Shown here: piece by piece, positions 37,401-53,529 of the stretch
How positions within the stretch are numbered: position 1 is the stretch's first letter
How the letters are laid out: every line of letters starts with the position of its first letter
Assembly: GCA_964035545.1 (NCBI GenBank)
Contig: CAXIUT010000103.1
Coordinates: forward strand, 496,001 to 560,000
Length of the DNA stretch: 64,000 nucleotides
Reading direction: 5' to 3'
DNA from: Bugula neritina
Taxonomy: Eukaryota; Animalia; Bryozoa
Made by a program: the position numbers and the translations under genes
The notes under the pieces: generated by a model
Seen by the model: only the letters and a program-made list of their open reading frames with translations
Told to the model about the DNA's origin: nothing
Databases searched by the model: none

Positions 37401-40400
37401 GTAGATCCAAAACAATTAGTTGATTAACAATTGAAGTTGAAATCTCCATGTAGTCAACACTTTAGTCCTAATGTCAAATGCAAACGCCTGCAATCAAACT
37501 GTGTAGACTTCATGAGCTGGTTAGCTGACAGGACTCATTAAAGTTCTTAACTCTTGTGTGTATAGTGATGCCCATCTTGAACTAGAGAGGGCTGACTGAA
37601 GACTGCTACTTTGTGAAAATTGACAATGCATATTATTATTATTCATTGTTGAGATTCACGACTGCCATAAACAATGATAAAATATTCATTGTTGGTACTA
37701 CTGAGTAGAATAAAATATAATATAATATTATTTTCTGGACAAATAAATAATATCAAATGCATATTATAACTTACCATAAATCTACAGTGCTTCACATCTT
37801 CATTTTTTTCTGCAATGTTATTTCTTTGCAGTTAGAAGTACTAGTTGAAAATATGACTATGAAACATAACCTTTCAATTTCATTGCACCAGCACCAGTTG
37901 CAAGATAGGTGTGTTGGGAGTTATCTTTCCAAAAATTTTGTTCTTTGTGTTGATACGAAGCAGACACAGGCTAATATTAGTTTTGTTATTTGCAAGAGTT
38001 TTTCTGTCTGATTGTCCATCAGCAAAAGTTTGGCCTTGCAGTTATTATGGAAATACCAGTGATGCTGGAAGACCTTTGCATTGTACACCCGCCTTTACTA
38101 TTGAATTTAGATGTTTTATTTTCCCATCCCCTCTCCTGCCCCCCTGTCCCCTCTAACAACCAGCAATCCTGACTCATGTGAATTGTGTTATTGTTCTAGA
38201 GTTGGCCCATGGGCCTACAGTATACGATTTGAAGCTTTATAGTTTACAGGCAGTGGAGATGAGTCACTGCTAAAACCCATTTTGTTAGTAGACTATATTG
38301 CTCTTCAATCATCAGTTTTCATATTAAAAGAGAAAGCTCATCTGCAGCGCCATTTCACAGTGTTATATTTTGCTAGAGCAAAAACTAATTTTAGATGCCT
38401 TTGCAAACATATGAGAAATAAATGAGTCATTCCATGAAAAGAGGTGTTTGCAGCAATTGTCCACTTTTGATTTACAAGCGGCATGGAAACTTTTGTAGTT
38501 TTAAATAATATCTCCAAACTCATCACTTGCATGTGTTTAGATACTTGATAAATTTTTTTATGCAAAACTTGATGCCTGCTTCAAAGACACCAGTGCTTAA
38601 TTACTGTGTTAACTGTATTGGCATGTTGCCATGAGATATTTGGTAATATTTCGCATCACAACAAACTCTTCAGAAAGTTAAGAAAATCAGTCTAGAAAGT
38701 TAATGAAATAAACCTACCAGAAAGAGTAAGCCAGATGTAACAAGTAGATCCAAAACAATTAGTTGATTAACAATTGAAGTTGAAATCTCCATGTAGTCAA
38801 CACTTTAGTCCTAATGTCAAATGCAAACGCCTGCAATCAAACTGTGTAGACTTCATGAGCTGGTTAGCTGACAGGACTCATTAAAGTTCTTAACTCTTGT
38901 GTGTATAGTGATGCCCATCTTGAACTAGAGAGGGCTGACTGAAGACTGCTACTTTGTGAAAATTGACAATGCATATTATTATTATTCATTGTTGAGATTC
39001 ACGACTGCCATAAACAATGATAAAATATTCATTGTTGGTACTACTGAGTAGACTAAAATATAATATAATATTATTTTCTGGACAAATAAATAATATCAAA
39101 TGCATATTATAACTTACCATAAATCTACAGTGCTTCACATCTTCACCTTTTTCTGCAATGTTGATTCTTTGCAGTTAGAAGTACTAGTTGAAAATATGAC
39201 TATGAAACATAACCCTTCAATTTCATTGCACCAGCACCAGTTGCAAGATAGGTGTGTTGGGAGTTATCTTTCCCAAAATTTTGTTCTTGGTGTTTATACG
39301 AAGCAGACACAGGCTAATATTAGTTTTGTTATTTGTAAGAGTTTTTCTGTCTGATTGTCCATCAGCAAAAGTTTGGCCTTGCAGTTATTATGGAAATACC
39401 AGTGATGCTGGAAGACCTTTGCATTGTACACCCGCTTTTACTATTGAATTTAGATGTTTTATTTTCCCATCCCCTCTCCTGCCCCCCCTGTCCCCTCTAA
39501 CAACCAGCAATCCTGACTCATGTGAATTGTGTTATTGTTCTAGAGTTGGCCCATGGGCCTACAGTATACGATTTGAAGCTTTATAGTTTACAGGCAGTGG
39601 AGATGAGTCACTGCTAAAACCCATTTTGTTAGTAGACTATATTGCTCTTCAATCATCAGTTTTCATATTAAAAGAGAAAGCTCATCTGCAGCGCCATTTC
39701 ACAGTGTTTTATTTTGCTAGAGCAATAACTAATTTTAGATGCCTTTGCAAACATATGAGAAATAAATGAGTGATTCTATGAAAAGAGGTGTTTGCAGCAA
39801 TTGTCCACTTTTGATTTACAAGCGGCATGGAAACTTTTGTAGTTTTAAATAATATCTCCAAACTCATCACTTGCATGTGTTTATAGACTTGATAAATTTT
39901 TTTATGCAAAACTTGATGCCTGCTTCAAAGACACCAGTGCTTAATTACTGTGTTAACTGTATTGGCACGTTGCCATGAGATATTTGGTAATATTTCGCAT
40001 CACAACAAACTCTTCAGAAAGTTAAGAAAATCAGTCTAGAAAGTTAATGAAATAAACCTACCAGAAAGAGTAAGCCAGATGTAACAAGTAGATCCAAAAC
40101 AAGTTGATTAACAATTGAAGTTGAAATCTCCATGTAGTCAACACTTTAGTCCTAATGTCAAATGCAAACGTCTGCAATCAAACTGTGTAGACTTCATGAG
40201 CTGGTTAGCTGAAAGGACTCATTAAAGTTCTTAACTCTTGTGTGTATAGTGATGCCCATCTTGAACTAGAGAGGGCTGACTGAAGACTGCTACTTTGTGA
40301 AAATTGACAATGCATATTATTATTATTCATTGTTGAGATTCACGACTGCCATAAACAATGATAAAATATTCATTGTTGGTACTACTGAGTAGAATAAAAT

Positions 40401-43400
40401 ATAATATAATATTATTTTCTGGACAAATAAATAATATCAAATGCATATTATAACTTACCATAAATCTACAGTGCTTCACATCTTCACTTTTTTCTGCAAT
40501 GTTATTTCTTTGCAGTTAGAAGTACTAGTTGAAAATATGACTATGAAACATAACCCTTCAATTTCATTGCACCAGCACCAGTTGCAAGATAGGTGTGTTG
40601 GGAGTTATCTTTCCCAAAATTTTGTTCTTTGTGTTTATACGAAGCAGACACAGGCTAATATTAGTTTTGTTATTTGCAAGAGTTTTTCTGTCTGATTGTC
40701 CATCAGCAAAAGTTTGGCCTTGCAGTTATTATGGAAATACCAGTGATGCTGGAAGACCTTTGCATTGTACACCCGCTTTTACTATTGAATTTAGATGTTT
40801 TATTTTCCCATCCCCTCTCCTGCCCCCCCTGTCCCCTCTAACAACCAGCAATCCTGACTCATGTGAATTGTGTTATTGTGCTAGAGTTGGCCCATGGGCC
40901 TACAGTATACGATTTGAAGCTTTATAGTTTACAGGCAGTGGAGATGAGTCACTGCTAAAACCCATTTTGTTAGTAGACTATATTGCTCTTCAATCGTCAG
41001 TTTTCATATTAAAAGAGAAAGCTCATCTGCAGCGCCATTTCACAGTGTTTTATTTTGCTAGAGCAATAACTAATTTTAGATGCCTTTGCAAACATATGAG
41101 AAATAAATGAGTGATTCTATGAAAAGAGGTGTTTGCAGCAATTGTCCACTTTTGATTTACAAGCGGCATGGAAACTTTTGTAGTTTTAAATAATATCTCC
41201 AAACTCATCACTTGCATGTGTTTATAGACTTGATAAATTTTTTTATGCAAAACTTGATGCCTGCTTCAAAGACACCAGTGCTTAATTACTGTGTTAACTG
41301 TATTGGCACGTTGCCATGAGATATTTGGTAATATTTCGCATCACAACAAACTCTTCAGAAAGTTAAGAAAATCAGTCTAGAAAGTTAATGAAATAAACCT
41401 ACCAGAAAGAGTAAGCCAGATGTAACAAGTAGATCCAAAACAAGTTGATTAACAATTGAAGTTGAAATCTCCATGTAGTCAACACTTTAGTCCTAATGTC
41501 AAATGCAAACGTCTGCAATCAAACTGTGTAGACTTCATGAGCTGGTTAGCTGAAAGGACTCATTAAAGTTCTTAACTCTTGTGTGTATAGTGATGCCCAT
41601 CTTGAACTAGAGAGGGCTGACTGAAGACTGCTACTTTGTGAAAATTGACAATGCATATTATTATTATTCATTGTTGAGATTCACGACTGCCATAAACAAT
41701 GATAAAATATTCATTGTTGGTACTACTGAGTAGAATAAAATATAATATAATATTATTTTCTGGACAAATAAATAATATCAAATGCATATTATAACTTACC
41801 ATAAATCTACAGTGCTTCACATCTTCACTTTTTTCTGCAATGTTATTTCTTTGCAGTTAGAAGTACTAGTTGAAAATATGACTATGAAACATAACCCTTC
41901 AATTTCATTGCACCAGCACCAGTTGCAAGATAGGTGTGTTGGGAGTTATCTTTCCCAAAATTTTGTTCTTTGTGTTTATACGAAGCAGACACAGGCTAAT
42001 ATTAGTTTTGTTATTTGCAAGAGTTTTTCTGTCTGATTGTCCATCAGCAAAAGTTTGGCCTTGCAGTTATTATGGAAATACCAGTGATGCTGGAAGACCT
42101 TTGCATTGTACACCCGCTTTTACTATTGAATTTAGATGTTTTATTTTCCCATCCCCTCTCCTGCCCCCCCTGTCCCCTCTAACAACCAGCAATCCTGACT
42201 CATGTGAATTGTGTTATTGTGCTAGAGTTGGCCCATGGGCCTACAGTATACGATTTGAAGCTTTATAGTTTACAGGCAGTGGAGATGAGTCACTGCTAAA
42301 ACCCATTTTGTTAGTAGACTATATTGCTCTTCAATCGTCAGTTTTCATATTAAAAGAGAAAGCTCATCTGCAGCGCCATTTCACAGTGTTTTATTTTGCT
42401 AGAGCAATAACTAATTTTAGATGCCTTTGCAAACATATGAGAAATAAATGAGTGATTCTATGAAAAGAGATGTTTGCAGCAATTGTCCACTTTTGATTTA
42501 CACGCAGCATGGAAACTTTTGTAGTTTTAAATAATATCTCCAAACTCATCACTTGCATGTGTTTATAGACTTGATAAATTTTTTTATGCAAACCTTGATG
42601 CCTGCTTCAAAGACACCAGTGCTTAATTACTGTGTTAACTGTATTGGCACGTTGCCATGAGATATTTCGTAATATTTCGCATCACAACAAACTCTTCAGA
42701 AAGTTAAGAAAATCAGTCTAGAAAGTTAATGAAATAAACCTACCAGAAAGAGTAAGCCAGATGTAACAAGTAGATCCAAAACAAGTTGATTAACAATTGA
42801 AGTTGAAATCTCCATGTAGTCAACACTTTAGTCCTAATGTCAAATGCAAACGTCTGCAATCAAACTGTGTAGACTTCATGAGCTGGTTAGCTGAAAGGAC
42901 TCATTAAAGTTCTTAACTCTTGTGTGTATAGTGATGCCCATCTTGAACTAGAGAGGGCTGACTGAAGACTGCTACTTTGTGAAAATTGACAATGCATATT
43001 ATTATTATTCATTGTTGAGATTCACGACTGCCATAAACAATGATAAAATATTCATTGTTGGTACTACTGAGTAGAATAAAATATAATATAATATTATTTT
43101 CTGGACAAATAAATAATATCAAATGCATATTATAACTTACCATAAATCTACAGTGCTTCACATCTTCACCTTTTTCTGCAATGTTGATTCTTTGCAGTTA
43201 GAAGTACTAGTTGAAAATATGACTATGAAACATAACCCTTCAATTTCATTGCACCAGCACCAGTTGCAAGATAGGTGTGTTGGGAGTTATCTTTCCCAAA
43301 ATTTTGTTCTTGGTGTTTATACGAAGCAGACACAGGCTAATATTAGTTTTGTTATTTGTAAGAGTTTTTCTGTCTGATTGTCCATCAGCAAAAGTTTGGC

Positions 43401-45699
43401 CTTGCAGTTATTATGGAAATACCAGTGATGCTGGAAGACCTTTGCATTGTACACCCGCCTTTACTATTGAATTTAGATGTTTTATTTTCCCATCCCCTCT
43501 CCTGCCCCCCTGTCCCCTCTAACAACCAGCAATCCTGACTCATGTGAATTGTGTTATTGTTCTAGAGTTGGCCCATGGGCCTACAGTATACGATTTGAAG
43601 CTTTATAGTTTACAGGCAGTGGAGATGAGTCACTGCTAAAACCCATTTTGTTAGTAGACTATATTGCTCTTCAATCATCAGTTTTCATATTAAAAGAGAA
43701 AGCTCATCTGCAGCGCCATTTCACAGTGTTATATTTTGCTAGAGCAAAAACTAATTTTAGATGCCTTTGCAAACATATGAGAAATAAATGAGTCATTCCA
43801 TGAAAAGAGGTGTTTGCAGCAATTGTCCACTTTTGATTTACAAGCGGCATGGAAACTTTTGTAGTTTTAAATAATATCTCCAAACTCATCACTTGCATGT
43901 GTTTAGATACTTGATAAATTTTTTTATGCAAAACTTGATGCCTGCTTCAAAGACACCAGTGCTTAATTACTGTGTTAACTGTATTGGCATGTTGCCATGA
44001 GATATTTGGTAATATTTCGCATCACAACAAACTCTTCAGAAAGTTAAGAAAATCAGTCTAGAAAGTTAATGAAATAAACCTACCAGAAAGAGTAAGCCAG
44101 ATGTAACAAGTAGATCCAAAACAATTACTTGATTAACAATTGAAGTTGAAATCTCCATGTAGTCAACACTTTAGTCCTAATGTCAAATGCAAACGCCTGC
44201 AATCAAACTGTGTAGACTTCATGAGCTGGTTAGCTGACAGGACTCATTAAAGTTCTTAACTCTTGTGTGTATAGTGATGCCCATCTTGAACTAGAGAGGG
44301 CTGACTGAAGACTGCTACTTTGTGAAAATTGACAATGCATATTATTATTATTCATTGTTGAGATTCACGACTGCCATAAACAATGATAAAATATTCATTG
44401 TTGGTACTACTGAGTAGAATAAAATATAATATAATATTATTTTCTGGACAAATAAATAATATCAAATGCATATTATAACTTACCATAAATCTACAGTGCT
44501 TCACATCTTCACTTTTTTCTGCAATGTTATTTCTTTGCAGTTAGAAGTACTAGTTGAAAATATGACTATGAAACATAACCCTTCAATTTCATTGCACCAG
44601 CACCAGTTGCAAGATAGGTGTGTTGGGAGTTATCTTTCCCAAAATTTTGTTCTTTGTGTTTATACGAAGCAGACACAGGCTAATATTAGTTTTGTTATTT
44701 GCAAGAGTTTTTCTGTCTGATTGTCCATCAGCAAAAGTTTGGCCTTGCAGTTATTATGGAAATACCAGTGATGCTGGAAGACCTTTGCATTGTACACCCG
44801 CTTTTACTATTGAATTTAGATGTTTTATTTTCCCATCCCCTCTCCTGCCCCCCCTGTCCCCTCTAACAACCAGCAATCCTGACTCATGTGAATTGTGTTA
44901 TTGTTCTAGAGTTGGCCCATGGGCCTACAGTATACGATTTGAAGCTTTATAGTTTACAGGCAGTGGAGATGAGTCACTGCTAAAACCCATTTTGTTAGTA
45001 GACTATATTGCTCTTCAATCATCAGTTTTCATATTAAAAGAGAAAGCTCATCTGCAGCGCCATTTCACAGTGTTTTATTTTGCTAGAGCAATAACTAATT
45101 TTAGATGCCTTTGCAAACATATGAGAAATAAATGAGTGATTCCATGAAAAGAGGTGTTTGCAGCAATTGTCCACTTTTGATTTACAAGCGGCATGGAAAC
45201 TTTTGTAGTTTTAAATAATATCTCCAAACTCATCACTTGCATGTGTTTAGATACTTGATAAATTTTTTTATGCAAAACTTGATGCCTGCTTCAAAGACAC
45301 CAGTGCTTAATTACTGTGTTAACTGTATTGGCACGTTGCCATGAGATATTTGGTAATATTTCGCATCACAACAAACTCTTCAGAAAGTTAAGAAAATCAG
45401 TCTAAAAAGTTAATGAAATAAACCTACCAGAAAGAGTAAGCCAGATGTAACAAGTAGATCCAAAACAATTAGTTGATTAACAATTGAAGTTGAAATCTCC
45501 ATGTAGTCAACACTTTAGTCCTAGTGTCAAATGCAAACGCCTGCAATCAAACTGTGTAGACTTCATGAGCTGGTTAGCTGACAGGACTCATTAAAGTTCT
45601 TAACTCTTGTGTGTATAGTGATGCCCATCTTGAACTAGAGAGGGCTGACTGAAGACTGCTACTTTGTGAAAATTGACAATGCATATTATTATTATTCAT

Positions 45700-48600
45700 T
45701 GTTGAGATTCACGACTGCCATAAACAATGATAAAATATTCATTGTTGGTACTACTGAGTAGACTAAAATATAATATAATATTATTTTCTGGACAAATAAA
45801 TAATATCAAATGCATATTATAACTTACCATAAATCTACAGTGCTTCACATCTTCACCTTTTTCTGCAATGTTGATTCTTTGCAGTTAGAAGTACTAGTTG
45901 AAAATATGACTATGAAACATAACCCTTCAATTTCATTGCACCAGCACCAGTTGCAAGATAGGTGTGTTGGGAGTTATCTTTCCCAAAATTTTGTTCTTGG
46001 TGTTTATACGAAGCAGACACAGGCTAATATTAGTTTTGTTATTTGTAAGAGTTTTTCTGTCTGATTGTCCATCAGCAAAAGTTTGGCCTTGCAGTTATTA
46101 TGGAAATACCAGTGATGCTGGAAGACCTTTGCATTGTACACCCGCTTTTACTATTGAATTTAGATGTTTTATTTTCCCATCCCCTCTCCTGCCCCCCCTG
46201 TCCCCTCTAACAACCAGCAATCCTGACTCATGTGAATTGTGTTATTGTTCTAGAGTTGGCCCATGGGCCTACAGTATACGATTTGAAGCTTTATAGTTTA
46301 CAGGCAGTGGAGATGAGTCACTGCTAAAACCCATTTTGTTAGTAGACTATATTGCTCTTCAATCATCAGTTTTCATATTAAAAGAGAAAGCTCATCTGCA
46401 GCGCCATTTCACAGTGTTTTATTTTGCTAGAGCAATAACTAATTTTAGATGCCTTTGCAAACATATGAGAAATAAATGAGTGATTCTATGAAAAGAGGTG
46501 TTTGCAGCAATTGTCCACTTTTGATTTACAAGCGGCATGGAAACTTTTGTAGTTTTAAATAATATCTCCAAACTCATCACTTGCATGTGTTTATAGACTT
46601 GATAAATTTTTTTATGCAAAACTTGATGCCTGCTTCAAAGACACCAGTGCTTAATTACTGTGTTAACTGTATTGGCACGTTGCCATGAGATATTTGGTAA
46701 TATTTCGCATCACAACAAACTCTTCAGAAAGTTAAGAAAATCAGTCTAGAAAGTTAATGAAATAAACCTACCAGAAAGAGTAAGCCAGATGTAACAAGTA
46801 GATCCAAAACAAGTTGATTAACAATTGAAGTTGAAATCTCCATGTAGTCAACACTTTAGTCCTAATGTCAAATGCAAACGTCTGCAATCAAACTGTGTAG
46901 ACTTCATGAGCTGGTTAGCTGAAAGGACTCATTAAAGTTCTTAACTCTTGTGTGTATAGTGATGCCCATCTTGAACTAGAGAGGGCTGACTGAAGACTGC
47001 TACTTTGTGAAAATTGACAATGCATATTATTATTATTCATTGTTGAGATTCACGACTGCCATAAACAATGATAAAATATTCATTGTTGGTACTACTGAGT
47101 AGAATAAAATATAATATAATATTATTTTCTGGACAAATAAATAATATCAAATGCATATTATAACTTACCATAAATCTACAGTGCTTCACATCTTCACTTT
47201 TTTCTGCAATGTTATTTCTTTGCAGTTAGAAGTACTAGTTGAAAATATGACTATGAAACATAACCCTTCAATTTCATTGCACCAGCACCAGTTGCAAGAT
47301 AGGTGTGTTGGGAGTTATCTTTCCCAAAATTTTGTTCTTTCTGTTTATACGAAGCAGACACAGGCTAATATTAGTTTTGTTATTTGCAAGAGTTTTTCTG
47401 TCTGATTGTCCATCAGCAAAAGTTTGGCCTTGCAGTTATTATGGAAATACCAGTGATGCTGGAAGACCTTTGCATTGTACACCCGCTTTTACTATTGAAT
47501 TTAGATGTTTTATTTTCCCATCCCCTCTCCTGCCCCCCCTGTCCCCTCTAACAACCAGCAATCCTGACTCATGTGAATTGTGTTATTGTGCTAGAGTTGG
47601 CCCATGGGCCTACAGTATACGATTTGAAGCTTTATAGTTTACAGGCAGTGGAGATGAGTCACTGCTAAAACCCATTTTGTTAGTAGACTATATTGCTCTT
47701 CAATCGTCAGTTTTCATATTAAAAGAGAAAGCTCATCTGCAGCGCCATTTCACAGTGTTTTATTTTGCTAGAGCAATAACTAATTTTAGATGCCTTTGCA
47801 AACATATGAGAAATAAATGAGTGATTCTATGAAAAGAGATGTTTGCAGCAATTGTCCACTTTTGATTTACACGCAGCATGGAAACTTTTGTAGTTTTAAA
47901 TAATATCTCCAAACTCATCACTTGCATGTGTTTATAGACTTGATAAATTTTTTTATGCAAACCTTGATGCCTGCTTCAAAGACACCAGTGCTTAATTACT
48001 GTGTTAACTGTATTGGCACGTTGCCATGAGATATTTCGTAATATTTCGCATCACAACAAACTCTTCAGAAAGTTAAGAAAATCAGTCTAGAAAGTTAATG
48101 AAATAAACCTACCAGAAAGAGTAAGCCAGATGTAACAAGTAGATCCAAAACAAGTTGATTAACAATTGAAGTTGAAATCTCCATGTAGTCAACACTTTAG
48201 TCCTAATGTCAAATGCAAACGTCTGCAATCAAACTGTGTAGACTTCATGAGCTGGTTAGCTGAAAGGACTCATTAAAGTTCTTAACTCTTGTGTGTATAG
48301 TGATGCCCATCTTGAACTAGAGAGGGCTGACTGAAGACTGCTACTTTGTGAAAATTGACAATGCATATTATTATTATTCATTGTTGAGATTCACGACTGC
48401 CATAAACAATGATAAAATATTCATTGTTGGTACTACTGAGTAGACTAAAATATAATATAATATTATTTTCTGGACAAATAAATAATATCAAATGCATATT
48501 ATAACTTACCATAAATCTACAGTGCTTCACATCTTCACCTTTTTCTGCAATGTTGATTCTTTGCAGTTAGAAGTACTAGTTGAAAATATGACTATGAAAC

Positions 48601-51100
48601 ATAACCCTTCAATTTCATTGCACCAGCACCAGTTGCAAGATAGGTGTGTTGGGAGTTATCTTTCCCAAAATTTTGTTCTTGGTGTTTATACGAAGCAGAC
48701 ACAGGCTAATATTAGTTTTGTTATTTGTAAGAGTTTTTCTGTCTGATTGTCCATCAGCAAAAGTTTGGCCTTGCAGTTATTATGGAAATACCAGTGATGC
48801 TGGAAGACCTTTGCATTGTACACCCGCTTTTACTATTGAATTTAGATGTTTTATTTTCCCATCCCCTCTCCTGCCCCCCCTGTCCCCTCTAACAACCAGC
48901 AATCCTGACTCATGTGAATTGTGTTATTGTTCTAGAGTTGGCCCATGGGCCTACAGTATACGATTTGAAGCTTTATAGTTTACAGGCAGTGGAGATGAGT
49001 CACTGCTAAAACCCATTTTGTTAGTAGACTATATTGCTCTTCAATCATCAGTTTTCATATTAAAAGAGAAAGCTCATCTGCAGCGCCATTTCACAGTGTT
49101 TTATTTTGCTAGAGCAATAACTAATTTTAGATGCCTTTGCAAACATATGAGAAATAAATGAGTGATTCTATGAAAAGAGGTGTTTGCAGCAATTGTCCAC
49201 TTTTGATTTACAAGCGGCATGGAAACTTTTGTAGTTTTAAATAATATCTCCAAACTCATCACTTGCATGTGTTTATAGACTTGATAAATTTTTTTATGCA
49301 AAACTTGATGCCTGCTTCAAAGACACCAGTGCTTAATTACTGTGTTAACTGTATTGGCACGTTGCCATGAGATATTTGGTAATATTTCGCATCACAACAA
49401 ACTCTTCAGAAAGTTAAGAAAATCAGTCTAGAAAGTTAATGAAATAAACCTACCAGAAAGAGTAAGCCAGATGTAACAAGTAGATCCAAAACAAGTTGAT
49501 TAACAATTGAAGTTGAAATCTCCATGTAGTCAACACTTTAGTCCTAATGTCAAATGCAAACGTCTGCAATCAAACTGTGTAGACTTCATGAGCTGGTTAG
49601 CTGAAAGGACTCATTAAAGTTCTTAACTCTTGTGTGTATAGTGATGCCCATCTTGAACTAGAGAGGGCTGACTGAAGACTGCTACTTTGTGAAAATTGAC
49701 AATGCATATTATTATTATTCATTGTTGAGATTCACGACTGCCATAAACAATGATAAAATATTCATTGTTGGTACTACTGAGTAGAATAAAATATAATATA
49801 ATATTATTTTCTGGACAAATAAATAATATCAAATGCATATTATAACTTACCATAAATCTACAGTGCTTCACATCTTCACTTTTTTCTGCAATGTTATTTC
49901 TTTGCAGTTAGAAGTACTAGTTGAAAATATGACTATGAAACATAACCCTTCAATTTCATTGCACCAGCACCAGTTGCAAGATAGGTGTGTTGGGAGTTAT
50001 CTTTCCCAAAATTTTGTTCTTTGTGTTTATACGAAGCAGACACAGGCTAATATTAGTTTTGTTATTTGCAAGAGTTTTTCTGTCTGATTGTCCATCAGCA
50101 AAAGTTTGGCCTTGCAGTTATTATGGAAATACCAGTGATGCTGGAAGACCTTTGCATTGTACACCCGCTTTTACTATTGAATTTAGATGTTTTATTTTCC
50201 CATCCCCTCTCCTGCCCCCCCTGTCCCCTCTAACAACCAGCAATCCTGACTCATGTGAATTGTGTTATTGTGCTAGAGTTGGCCCATGGGCCTACAGTAT
50301 ACGATTTGAAGCTTTATAGTTTACAGGCAGTGGAGATGAGTCACTGCTAAAACCCATTTTGTTAGTAGACTATATTGCTCTTCAATCGTCAGTTTTCATA
50401 TTAAAAGAGAAAGCTCATCTGCAGCGCCATTTCACAGTGTTTTATTTTGCTAGAGCAATAACTAATTTTAGATGCCTTTGCAAACATATGAGAAATAAAT
50501 GAGTGATTCTATGAAAAGAGATGTTTGCAGCAATTGTCCACTTTTGATTTACACGCAGCATGGAAACTTTTGTAGTTTTAAATAATATCTCCAAACTCAT
50601 CACTTGCATGTGTTTATAGACTTGATAAATTTTTTTATGCAAACCTTGATGCCTGCTTCAAAGACACCAGTGCTTAATTACTGTGTTAACTGTATTGGCA
50701 CGTTGCCATGAGATATTTCGTAATATTTCGCATCACAACAAACTCTTCAGAAAGTTAAGAAAATCAGTCTAGAAAGTTAATGAAATAAACCTACCAGAAA
50801 GAGTAAGCCAGATGTAACAAGTAGATCCAAAACAAGTTGATTAACAATTGAAGTTGAAATCTCCATGTAGTCAACACTTTAGTCCTAATGTCAAATGCAA
50901 ACGTCTGCAATCAAACTGTGTAGACTTCATGAGCTGGTTAGCTGAAAGGACTCATTAAAGTTCTTAACTCTTGTGTGTATAGTGATGCCCATCTTGAACT
51001 AGAGAGGGCTGACTGAAGACTGCTACTTTGTGAAAATTGACAATGCATATTATTATTATTCATTGTTGAGATTCACGACTGCCATAAACAATGATAAAAT
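45700..51100 (-). repeat. 2-monomer higher-order duplication, period 2682 bp (ends approximate)
   Basis: gactaaaata at 45761/48443, variant ORFs at 45810/48492, 46419/49101 and 47760/50442. Confidence 0.8.
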
Positions 51101-53529
51101 ATTCATTGTTGGTACTACTGAGTAGAATAAAATATAATATAATATTATTTTCTGGACAAATAAATAATATCAAATGCATATTATAACTTACCATAAATCT
51201 ACAGTGCTTCACATCTTCACCTTTTTCTGCAATGTTGATTCTTTGCAGTTAGAAGTACTAGTTGAAAATATGACTATGAAACATAACCCTTCAATTTCAT
51301 TGCACCAGCACCAGTTGCAAGATAGGTGTGTTGGGAGTTATCTTTCCCAAAATTTTGTTCTTGGTGTTTATACGAAGCAGACACAGGCTAATATTAGTTT
51401 TGTTATTTGTAAGAGTTTTTCTGTCTGATTGTCCATCAGCAAAAGTTTGGCCTTGCAGTTATTATGGAAATACCAGTGATGCTGGAAGACCTTTGCATTG
51501 TACACCCGCCTTTACTATTGAATTTAGATGTTTTATTTTCCCATCCCCTCTCCTGCCCCCCTGTCCCCTCTAACAACCAGCAATCCTGACTCATGTGAAT
51601 TGTGTTATTGTTCTAGAGTTGGCCCATGGGCCTACAGTATACGATTTGAAGCTTTATAGTTTACAGGCAGTGGAGATGAGTCACTGCTAAAACCCATTTT
51701 GTTAGTAGACTATATTGCTCTTCAATCATCAGTTTTCATATTAAAAGAGAAAGCTCATCTGCAGCGCCATTTCACAGTGTTATATTTTGCTAGAGCAAAA
51801 ACTAATTTTAGATGCCTTTGCAAACATATGAGAAATAAATGAGTCATTCCATGAAAAGAGGTGTTTGCAGCAATTGTCCACTTTTGATTTACAAGCGGCA
51901 TGGAAACTTTTGTAGTTTTAAATAATATCTCCAAACTCATCACTTGCATGTGTTTAGATACTTGATAAATTTTTTTATGCAAAACTTGATGCCTGCTTCA
52001 AAGACACCAGTGCTTAATTACTGTGTTAACTGTATTGGCATGTTGCCATGAGATATTTGGTAATATTTCGCATCACAACAAACTCTTCAGAAAGTTAAGA
52101 AAATCAGTCTAGAAAGTTAATGAAATAAACCTACCAGAAAGAGTAAGCCAGATGTAACAAGTAGATCCAAAACAATTAGTTGATTAACAATTGAAGTTGA
52201 AATCTCCATGTAGTCAACACTTTAGTCCTAATGTCAAATGCAAACGCCTGCAATCAAACTGTGTAGACTTCATGAGCTGGTTAGCTGACAGGACTCATTA
52301 AAGTTCTTAACTCTTGTGTGTATAGTGATGCCCATCTTGAACTAGAGAGGGCTGACTGAAGACTGCTACTTTGTGAAAATTGACAATGCATATTATTATT
52401 ATTCATTGTTGAGATTCACGACTGCCATAAACAATGATAAAATATTCATCGTTGGTACTACTGAGTAGAATAAAATATAATATAATATTATTTTCTGGAC
52501 AAATGAATAATATCAAATGCATATTATAACTTACCATAGATCTACTGTGCTTCACATCTTCACTTTTTTCTGCAATGTTATTTCTTTGCAGTTAGAAGTA
52601 CTAGTTGAAAATATGACTATGAAACATAACCCTTCAATTTCATTGCACCAGCACCAGTTGCAAGATAGGTGTGTTGGGAGTTATCTTTCCCAAAATTTTG
52701 TTCTTTGTGTTTATACGAAGCAGACACAGGCTAATATTAGTTTTGTTATTTGCAAGAGTTTTTCTGTCTGATTGTCCATCAGCAAAAGTTTGGCCTTGCA
52801 GTTATTATGGAAATACCAGTGATGCTGGAAGACCTTTGCATTGTACACCCGCTTTTACTATTGAATTTAGATGTTTTATTTTCCCATCCCCTCTCCTGCC
52901 CCCCCTGTCCCCTCTAACAACCAGCAATCCTGACTCATGTGAATTGTGTTATTGTGCTAGAGTTGGCCCATGGGCCTACAGTATACGATTTGAAGCTTTA
53001 TAGTTTACAGGCAGTGGAGATGAGTCACTGCTAAAACCCATTTTGTTAGTAGACTATATTGCTCTTCAATCGTCAGTTTTCATATTAAAAGAGAAAGCTC
53101 ATCTGCAGCGCCATTTCACAGTGTTTTATTTTGCTAGAGCAATAACTAATTTTAGATGCCTTTGCAAACATATGAGAAATAAATGAGTGATTCTATGAAA
53201 AGAGATGTTTGCAGCAATTGTCCACTTTTGATTTACAAGCAGCATGGAAACTTTTGTACTTTTAAATAATATCTCCAAACTCATCACTTGCATGTGTTTA
53301 GATACTTGATAAATTTTTTTATGCAAAACTTGATGCCTGCTTCAAAGACACCAGTGCTTAATTACTGTGTTAACTGTATTGGCATGTTGCCATGAGATAT
53401 TTGGTAATATTTCGCATCACAACAAACTCTTCAGAAAGTTAAGAAAATCAGTCTAGAAAGTTAATGAAATAAACCTACCAGAAAGAGTAAGCCAGATGTA
53501 ACAAGTAGATCCAAAACAATTAGTTGATT

